Shown here piece by piece: positions 9,263 to 16,982 of a stretch of DNA of 16,982 nt. The position numbers were made by a program, and so were the translations under genes. Numbering within the stretch: position 1 is the first letter of the stretch; each line of letters opens with the position of its first letter. Source of the stretch: Octopus sinensis (lineage: Eukaryota); NCBI RefSeq assembly GCF_006345805.1, contig NW_021825061.1, positions 1 to 16,982 of the forward strand, read 5' to 3'. The notes beneath the pieces are model-generated. The model saw only the letters and a list, made by a program, of their open reading frames with translations. It had not been told where the DNA came from and made no database searches.

Positions 9263-9947
9263 CTCTAAGAAAGAAATTTTTTTCCTATTCTTCTCAAGAT
9301 TTATATTTATTTTGTCATGTTTTTGTTTTGTTTGTGTATTTGCTTTGTTTGTTTGTTGGTTTGGATGGTTTGGATGGTTTGGATGGTATGTACCGCAAGC
9401 CAAGCTAATCTCGTTTCAAGTCTCGCCGGACATATCCAACGCGCGATCCCGTACGCACATGACAACTGTCAAACAAAAAAAAACAAATCAAAAACAAAAA
9501 AAAATAACAAAGCAACACAACAACAACAACGTCTACAACAAACAACAACAATAACAACCCAGAAAAACTAATTCAATAAAATCTCGATAGATAACCCGCC
9601 CTCATTCCTCCACCACCAGCACCACTCGCCACTTCACGACCGACCCTTCCCCGTTGTCTAAAGTATCGACTTCCATGACAAGGATCAACATTGACGTCAT
9701 CATCTGAATCGACCAATTAAACACAATAAAACAACCAGGATGTATAAACACAATATACACAATAGCAACAACGTAGTAAAACAACAACGGCTCAACAGCA
9801 CATTTGTGTGTTTTGGCTGGATATCGCTGATTTCCAGGCTGACACTGCATTTACCCCATAAGTAAACACGTATCCTAAATTAAATATTTAAATATTCAAC
9901 GAATATAATGGACCAGATATTAAGCAAGATTAACATACAAAGACTTC

Positions 9948-9957
9948 ATTATTATTA

Positions 9958-10010
<53 letters not shown>
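9948..10010. repeat. (ATT)n = (TAA)n tail/target of the adjacent Dong-like LINE
   Basis: Directly abuts the element's 3' end at 10011. Confidence 0.92.
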
Positions 10011-10270
10011 GCCTTTGCACAGCTTCTAAATGCTGGAGATGTACTACGGTGCCAGCTGTTCACTACCAGTGAACTAAGGTAACACCTCTTATATTTCGAG
10101 CACCTTCCGGAGTATTCGAGCGGTTCCAAGCAGTGCTGTTTTCTGCAAGTGTTCCACCCTTATTGCAGCCCCTATTTGTTCCATGTACTTCTCAAGATTT
10201 TTACTCAATGTTCCCAGGACTCCGACAATTATTGGTACTACCACCACCTTTTCCATCGACCACAACTGCT
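10011..10270 (-). mobile_element. R4/Dong-like REL-endonuclease non-LTR retrotransposon, 5'-truncated 3' end
   Basis: QLWSMEKVVVVPIIVGVLGTLSKNLEKYMEQIG...HLQKTALLGTARILRKVLEI* (stop 10089-10091) is the typical R4/Dong C-terminus; 78-nt 3' UTR then (TAA)n; short ATAATAAT at the 5' junction (about 10271-10279). Confidence 0.85.
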
Positions 10271-10360
10271 CATTATTATGATTCAGTAGTCTTATTTTTA
10301 TCACGTGCTTTTTCACTGCACTACCGAGCGCAGCTCTGTGTGCCTTGGGTATGTGCTGTA

Positions 10361-10942
10361 GTTGTTGTTGTTGTTGGTGGTGGTCACCTCAAGCGCCTGA
10401 GGAAAACTCTCAGAAGCGCTAGAGCCGCGGAAGGGAGACGAATCATCTCATCCATTGTAGGCCCTAGTTGACGGATATAGCGTTCCACCATCAAGGCCGG
10501 ACATCTCAGCCAGAGATGCTCTGCAGATTACAGTCAGCATTGATCTGTGTTGCTGCGTCCTGCCATGTTTTGCCACCGCCTGAGTGCCGGATGGTGACCA
10601 CTACGGGAGCTTATCCTGTCTGCCTTCGAGAGGGCTGCTTCGGTTCTTTCATCCGGCTTCTTCGTGAAGACTTCCTTCAGACGGGGGTGTTGAATTGGCG
10701 TTGGCTGAAATGTTCGACGAATAACCGCCTGACGAATGGCTGTATCGATGGCGGCATCCCGTTGTGACAGCGCCGAATCATCTTTCGCCTGCATATCTGC
10801 GAGTTCATTGCCACGGAGGTTGCAATGGCCCAGATCACCGACAAATTCTTGCCAACTGCTACTACTAGGGCTGCTGTTTGTTGCAATTCTCTAATTGTCG
10901 GGTCTGGGGGGAACGGGTTGTCTACCGCTTCAACCAATAATT
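10361..10942 (-). mobile_element. I-group (Ingi-like) LINE 3' fragment: RNase H end, CCHC remnant, (CAA)n tail
   Basis: Across frameshifts: LVEAVDNP...LSVIW/GHCNLRGNELADMQAK (RNase H motif), RSGHHP..., DQC*L*SAEHLWLRCP (zinc-knuckle remnant), ...RVFLRRLR* (stop 10384-10386) directly followed by CCACCACC(AAC)5. Clade assignment is inferred. Confidence 0.8.
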
Positions 10943-11197
10943 TGCGCTGGAGCAAACGCGCTGAAGGATTTAGCTGAACAAATCGTCTCAAATAGCCATT
11001 CTGTTTTTAAAGCTGGCACTTATTCTATCGATCTCCTATTGCCGAACCGCTATATAAACGAACACGTAAATAAACCAACTCCGGTTTCAAACGGTGCGTG
11101 AGAAAAACCAGCACTTGACCAAGATGCCTCGGTACAGTAGGGACTGAATCCAAAACCACGAGGTTACAAGGCGAGCTCCTCAACCACACAACCAGCC
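10943..11197 (-). mobile_element. Decayed, internally deleted SINE family C
   Basis: ttgccgaaccgcta matches 12850-12863; cacttgaccaagatgcc...gtagggactgaatcc...caaccacaca matches 15636-15712. Confidence 0.7.
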
Positions 11198-11769
11198 TAT
11201 ATATCTAAATTAATATTCGATGGCACAACACATCCGGCACGCTTCCTCACAGTTTCCATCTAGCCACTTTCATTCACAATGCTTGCTTCGTTCGATCTGA
11301 ATCTGATCCAAAGCATACTTGCCAAACATATATCACGTATCGCGATCGAACTCAGGACCTCATTGGTGCCGCCTTTTATCCAGTCTCATTCTAACCTAGA
11401 ACTACATTATCATGCCATCCAATCTTCTGACATCAAAAATTGGGAAATCAAGGAAGTTTTGTTGCTATCTCTAGCAGGCTGAGCAACCGGGCAGGTGGTC
11501 CTTTATTCTTCTGGGACAAAGTAATTAAATATATAATAATTGTCATTATTATGAAACTGGAAGGGTCGATGTCCTTCTAATGTTTACAGTTATTGTTCTT
11601 TAATATAAATGTTATTATATTACATTTTATTCGTATTCTATTTTGAATCGCAAATCAATTAAATTCGTAGACTGAGATTCGAATGGATTTAATAAACTGC
11701 CTCATAAGAAGCGAAAATTAAATCTGGAAATAATAATAGCCGGAGGAATAAAAGCTAATGATCTTTTTA

Positions 11770-11944
11770 GTGTGGAGTGTGTGTGTGGGGGGGGGGAGTG
11801 TGTGTGTATGTGAGAGAGAGAGTGTGTGTGTGTTTGTGCACGCGTGTGCGCACTACAATGTGCGTGTATATACGTTTATATTTATATATCTAGATAGAGA
11901 GATAGAAATAGACAGACAGACAGACGGACGGACGGACGGACAGG

Positions 11945-12008
<64 letters not shown>

Positions 12009-12009
12009 C

Positions 12010-12055
<46 letters not shown>

Positions 12056-12360
12056 GTAGATAGATAGATATACAGACAGACTGATGGACGGACAGACAGA
12101 AAGACGGACGGACTAATGGATGGGTGGGTGGATGGATGCATGGATGGATGCATGCATGCATGGACGAACAGACGGACGGACGGACGGACGGACGAACAGA
12201 CAGACGGACAGATGGACGGACGGACATATGGATGGATGGATGGACGGATGGATGGATAGACGGATGGATCGATACATACATGCATACATTATACATACAT
12301 AAATACATATGCAACATATATAAGTATATACCTGCAATACACATACACATACATACATAA
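11770..12360. repeat. Compound (GT)/(GA)/(GATA)/(GACA)/(GACG)/(GGAT)/(CATA) microsatellite
   Basis: Read directly. Confidence 0.92.
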
Positions 12361-12374
12361 ATATTCTCTGTTTT

Positions 12375-12545
12375 ATAGGGAGAGTTTACGAAAAAAAACA
12401 AAAGACGAAGACAGGTGGTGTACGAAACGAACAGATGTATTAGTATAACGCTCATGAATAGAAAAAGTCTTTTACGTTTCGAGCTTATGCTCTTCTACAG
12501 AAAGGGACAGAAAAAACAAGGAGAGAAAAAAATGTGTGTAGTGGC
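12375..12545 (-). mobile_element. Short non-coding element with hammerhead-like motif (relative of 1575-1712)
   Basis: Reverse complement ctgtagaagagcataagctcgaaacgtaaaagactttttctattcatgagcgttatactaatacatctgttc aligns with 1638-1713; flanked by microsatellites. Boundaries approximate. Confidence 0.6.
12467..12504 (-). ncRNA. Minimal hammerhead-shaped motif with variant core CUGUAGA
   Basis: CUUU-CUGUAGA-A-GAGC(AUAA)GCUC-GAA-ACGU-A/AAAG: stem I 4 bp, stem II 4 bp, ACGU palindrome and GUA triplet intact; only core A6 is replaced by U. Confidence 0.6.
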
Positions 12546-12730
12546 TAACCTATAACCATATATGTCGTATATGTGAAATGTACATATGTATGCATGTGTG
12601 TTTGTTTAAGTATATATTTATATGCATGTGTGTGTTTGAGTGAGCGTGTGTATGTGTCTGTGTGCATGTGTGTATGTATGTGTATGCATATATATATACG
12701 TATATCTACCTATGTATACAAATATATAGC

Positions 12731-12906
12731 CTTTATCTTTTAGCTTTTTCTTGTTTCAGTCATTAGTCTGTGGCCATGCTGGGGCACCACTTTGAAGAAT
12801 TTTTAGTCAAACTAATCGACCCCAGTACTTAGTTTGTTTTCGCTCACTTTTGCCGAACCGCTAGGTTACAGCGACGTAAACACACCAAAACTGGTTGTCA
12901 AACGAT
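12731..12906 (-). mobile_element. 3' part of SINE family C
   Basis: cagtcatt...gccatgctggggcacc...atcgaccccagtact...ttgccgaaccgctag; similar to 10943-11095 and 4045-4160. Confidence 0.75.
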
Positions 12907-14540
12907 CGGCGTTTGCTTTTGGGTGGTGCATGTTCTTAGATGTTAGTAGTTTTCTTGTCTTCCTGTCCAGGCGTTGGAGCTCCGTAAGATTCCAGTTAAT
13001 GATGTTAAAACTGTATTGGACTATTGGAAGTGGCACCGTGTTAATGGCTTCGATGCATTTTTAGAGTTCAGTTCAGTTTTTAGTATGAGACTTACTCTAT
13101 TGTAATACTCCCTTCTTATTTTTTCCTTCATGGTAGCATGTTATATACCATCTCCTCCGTTTATTCCCAGGTATTTATAATTTTCTTGTGCGTCAAGCTC
13201 CTTGAAGGTAGTGTCGGTATCTAATTTAATGGAAGCTGTTTGCTTGAGCTTGTCTCTTATAAAAGTTGCTTTGGCACGCTTATGAAGGCCAAAATCCATC
13301 CCGATATCATTGCTTTAACAGTTGTTAGCAGTCCTACTGGCACTTCGTCATTTCTAGCAAACAACTTGAGATCGTCCATATAAAACAGATGGTTTATTGT
13401 GGTATTGTAAACTTTGAACCCACACCTGGCATTACTCAGTTCGTTTGAGAGTGGGGTCAGTGCCATGAAAAAGATTAATGGGGGAGAGGGAGTCGTCTTG
13501 AAAGATGCCGCCTCGTTTGATGTTGATGTTGTTAGATTGGATCATCCCATTACTATGGTTTAGAAGGAGACGTGTATTCCGCTTGACCATTCTACCTTGT
13601 AAGAATCTGGAGCGACAGGAGAGATTTTATATATCTCAAGGGCCTTGAATAGCCTTGGGTGTGGGACACTATCAAACGCTTTCGTGTAGTCTATCCATGC
13701 CATACTCAGGTTCTTCTTGTTGCTCCGGCAATTCTCTACAATCATTTTATTTATGAGTAATTGATCTTTGCATCCATAAGAATTCATTTTATAACCCTTT
13801 TGAGTTTGTGGTAGGATAGAGTTCTGTTCAAGGAAAGTGTATATTCTTTCAGTTAGTATCGATGTGAGGATCTTGTAGGTGGCGTTGAAACACGTTATTG
13901 GTCGGTGGTTCTTTAAATTTTGTGTGTCTTCAGTTTTTGGTAGAAGATATGTTGTTCCTTCGGTCAGTCAGGCATTTAGGGATGCTGCAAAATGTTGGTG
14001 TACCTCTGTCAAATAATTTAGGCAGAAGTTAAGGATCCGGTCCAGTCCTGGAGTTTTCCATTTGTGAGACTTTCTAAGAACACATCTTAGCTCTTCTACT
14101 CCTATGACCTCCCATTTCTGCTCTTCAACGTCATCCAGACTTACTCTCTCACCCTCTATCTAATCAGCATCAGCTCCGTATCTTCTTCCAGAACTCTTCC
14201 ATTTCCTCAGTCTTACTTCTTTACTTCTATCTTACTTTTGCCAATTTCTCTATAAAATTTCTTTGTATCCGTCTTGAATACCTTGTTTCGTTGATAAAAT
14301 TTGATTCTTTTGTCATACCTTCTGAGCCGTTGGGCTTTCAGTTGTATTCTTTGTTTCATTATTTCCTTGGTTGCAGGGAAGTTTATAATATCTTTGATTT
14401 TATATTTTTGCTTCATTTTTCTAGCTTTATTTCATCTTAACATTTACTCTTTTAACAAATTCATCGAGAAATGATACATCTGCCCGCGAAAATTCGATTT
14501 CTTTTTGTATTGCTACTTTCCGCTTAGGAGGTCTATTAGT
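12899..14540 (-). pseudogene. R4/Dong-like non-LTR retrotransposon, decayed reverse-transcriptase region
   Basis: KQRIQLKAQRLRRYDKR (ORF 14213..14416), HKWKTPGLDRI, HRPITCFNATYKILTSIL, AWIDYTKAFDSVPH (13560..13787), GIFQDDSLSP, HLFYMDDLKLFA (13257..13466), RLDRKTRKLL...HHPKANADRL; many stops and frameshifts; 5' truncation abuts (TAA)n. Confidence 0.92.
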
Positions 14541-14541
14541 A

Positions 14542-14606
<65 letters not shown>

Positions 14607-14640
14607 ATTATTATTATTATCATCATCATTATTATTATTA

Positions 14641-14677
<37 letters not shown>

Positions 14678-14687
14678 TTTTTTTTTT
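14541..14687. repeat. (ATT)/(GTT)/(ATC) compound microsatellite ending in poly-T
   Basis: Read directly. Confidence 0.93.
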
Positions 14688-14808
14688 AAGGCGGCGAGGT
14701 GGCAGAATCGTTAGCGCGCCGGACGAAATTCTTAGCGATATTTTGCCTGTCGCTACGTTCTGAGTTTAAATTCCGCCGAGGTCAACTTTACCTTTCATCC
14801 TTCGGGGT
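14688..14808 (+). mobile_element. SINE family A, 5' head, 3'-truncated
   Basis: aaggcggcgaggtggcagaatcgttagcgcgccggacgaaa...ttccgccgaggtcaacttt matches 6375-6485 and the reverse complement of 2575-2697. Confidence 0.85.
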
Positions 14809-15334
14809 TGCACATATGAATGTATGTTTGTTCGTATGAACGTTTGTATATACATGATACTAAGCGGTAGGGAGCGATGTCGCGTATCTTGCAGCCAGTC
14901 GGTTCTTGTCTAATACGTAAACTAAGAATCTTCATAATTCTGTATGGAATTATTACTTCAAACACATTACTTATTTTATTCATGAGACAGAAAAACACAT
15001 GTTTTTAGTTGTTTAAATAATTGCGCTTTAATTACTTCTACCTGTCTCCTGTCCTAGCTTGATTTCAACCTCGTTTAGGCTTGGCAGCCATTCCTATTTG
15101 TTTTCACTTTTCTGTTTGAGTTACCTATTTTGACCCTCCGCAAAATCCCAAATTTTATTTAATTTGCATTGCGGGAGCAACTGTTTTATCGAAAGCGTAT
15201 ATTGATAGTCGTTCATTATGTTGTTTGTTTTGTTTTTTATTTGTGTCTTTCGTTGTTCGAAAGAATAATTCATGTCCCATGTACGCGTGCTTTTTACTTT
15301 TTTGTTGTACACGTTTCGTGACGTCCTGTGCCAC

Positions 15335-15438
15335 ATATGCACATATATATATATACGTATAGATGTAAGTATGTACATATACGTATGTATATATGCATAT
15401 ATATATATATATTATTTATATCACACACACACACACAC

Positions 15439-15524
<86 letters not shown>

Positions 15525-15550
15525 TATATATATATATATATATATATGCA
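15335..15550. repeat. (TA)n-dominated compound microsatellite
   Basis: Read directly. Confidence 0.92.
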
Positions 15551-15555
15551 TAAAC

Positions 15556-15723
15556 ATACGACGGTTCTGCTTTCAGTTTCCGTCTACCAAATCTACTTAC
15601 AAAGCTTTGGTCGGCCCGAGGCTATAGTAGAAGACACTTGCCCAAGGTGCTACGCAGTGGGACTGAACACGGAACCATGTGGTTGGTAAGCAAGCTACTT
15701 ACCACAAAGCCACTCCTGTGCCT
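15556..15723 (-). mobile_element. tRNA-derived head and CORE-like domain of SINE family C
   Basis: Reverse complement aggcacaggagtggctttgtggtaag (A box)...ggttccgtgttcagtccc (B-box region)...caccttgggcaagtgtctt (CORE-like ccttgggcaagt); lies within (TA)n. Confidence 0.8.
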
Positions 15724-15740
15724 ATATATATATATATATA

Positions 15741-16130
15741 TCGGGCTCGGTAAAAAGTAAGCTACGTTTTGAAACATGAAATTCATCACAATATATTTCA
15801 ACAATGCGGAAATTTTATCCATCAATCAACACAGATTTGCCAACGAGTTACAAGATTGTTTATTCCGGTAACATAAAAATATGGAGTTCTGGCGCTTATG
15901 AACTCTTTGAACGCACTTTCAGCATTGGTTTGATTTTTGAACTCCTTCTCTCACAAGAAACCATATAGGTGCTTGAAAAAATAGTAGTCGGTAAGAGAAC
16001 AGTCTGGGAAATAAACTGAGTGGGGAAGAACTTCGTAGCCAAGTTCTCTGGACTTCTGGAGCCTCATTAGCGAAACGTGTGGTCGAGCATTGCCATGAAG
16101 AATGATTGACCCACTTCTGCTCAATCAGCT
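15741..16130 (-). mobile_element. Mariner (DD34D) transposon remnant: transposase C-terminus plus one TIR
   Basis: My minus-strand translation: IILHGNARPHVSLMRLQKSRELGYEVLPHSVYFPDCSLTDYYFFKHLYGFL*EKEFKNQ...FYVTGINNLVTRWQICVD, matching mariner HDNARPH and YSPDLSPTDY motifs. TCGGGCTCGGTAAAAAGTAA..GTTTT after TA resembles an Hsmar1-type TIR. Confidence 0.92.
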
Positions 16131-16422
16131 AAAAAAAACCAGTGACACTAGAGATGTTGAGATGACCAGAAACCAACTGCAATTCAGACATTATTGTATA
16201 TACGAGAACTAGGAGTCCTCGATACCCAGTGGTTCAGATGATAATTAACCTACAGCTGAGACCCTAACAGGTGAAAATCTACCGGGTTAGGGTATAACTG
16301 GGGACAATAGTAGATAAGAAGCGATTCCACACTCTTCAAAACCCTAGAACTCCAAAAGCAGGGCCCCACTATCGGATTCAGTTTAAAGTATTACCTAGGA
16401 CATACATACATGCATACATGCA

Positions 16423-16850
16423 TACGCTGAACTATTGAGGAATCTGCAGTTACTCTATCCAGATTACAAGTTCAGGTTTATACCTGTAATTATTGGAGCA
16501 CTGGGCCCATATAACACACACCCTAAATACCAACCTTGAGAAATTAGGCTTCTGAAAACCAGAAAGGAGAAAGATAATTCGAAGACTACAGATCCAATCC
16601 ATCACCGGAACTGTACAAATCTGTAAAACTTTCACGAGGTTTATCATTTAAGTATATATGAGTATGCCTAGATATGCAAGTATATGGATGAGAATACATA
16701 CATAAATCAAAACATACACATCTACACATATATATACATACACACATGCAAAAATACTTTGTTGATGTTGTTAAAATTCCAATGAAGGAACGTTGGATCC
16801 TGGTTAGAAACTGGCTCTTTCTCCATTGGCATGAAATCTTGAAATAAGCA
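16423..16850 (+). mobile_element. Second REL-type (R4-like) non-LTR retrotransposon, 5'-truncated 3' end
   Basis: My plus-strand translation across one frameshift: YAELLRNLQLLYPDYKFRFIPVIIGALG/HITHTLNTNLEKLGF*KPERRKIIRRLQIQSITGTVQICKTFTRFII* (stop 16649-16651). PVIIGALG and LQ...GT motifs parallel those at 10089-10270. 3' boundary uncertain. Confidence 0.75.
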
Positions 16851-16982
16851 CATTTATAGATTAGCCTTTTCACTTTGTTTTTGACCAATTAGAATTCTGC
16901 AAACAACTTAAATAGACTCAAAGACAAATAAATATACAGACAGACATTCATTCATAGATGCAGATGTACAAATAATTATGAG

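Noticed and set aside
8846-9268. Pro/Tyr/His-rich 140-aa ORF
   Set aside because: Trinucleotide repeat mosaic with no domain or splice support; cannot be fully excluded as a low-complexity exon.
9602-9850. 82-aa minus-strand ORF with a hydrophobic middle
   Set aside because: No recognisable family; hydrophobicity follows from the (CAA)-rich opposite strand.
10895-11101. 68-aa plus-strand ORF and neighbouring ORFs 10133..10767
   Set aside because: Antisense to LINE and SINE remnants.
15305-15335. Fourth hammerhead candidate (GAAACGTG on minus strand); also a similar string at 16071-16080
   Set aside because: No CUGANGA-like core upstream and GUG is not an NUH site; the second lies within mariner coding sequence.
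16140-16400. Possible interspersed repeat between the mariner and the REL-LINE
   Set aside because: Seems familiar but has no second copy or diagnostic motif in this window, so it is not reported as a feature.

Overview
No host protein-coding gene, rRNA, functional tRNA or CRISPR array can be supported. This is AT-rich, microsatellite-saturated animal intronic/intergenic DNA. The interspersed repeat families look like those of Octopus/coleoid cephalopods (from recall, not a database search). Almost all ORFs in the six-frame track are translations of simple repeats. The real content is a dense set of decayed mobile elements: about 15 tRNA-derived SINE copies from 3-4 families (two with clear target-site duplications), three R4/Dong-like REL-endonuclease LINE fragments, an RNase H-bearing I-group (Ingi-like) LINE 3' end, a mariner transposase remnant with one TIR, a probable hAT MITE, and a decayed initiator tRNA-Met copy. 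The most interesting signal is RNA-level. An intact minimal type I hammerhead ribozyme of the Penelope/retrozyme type lies at 1797-1842 (-). Two further short elements carry a hammerhead-shaped fold with the same non-canonical core CUGUAGA (1638-1671 +, 12467-12504 -). Two independent insertions of one SINE type also share a GGTATTT 3' junction that occurs within the SINE's own head, suggesting self-targeting.
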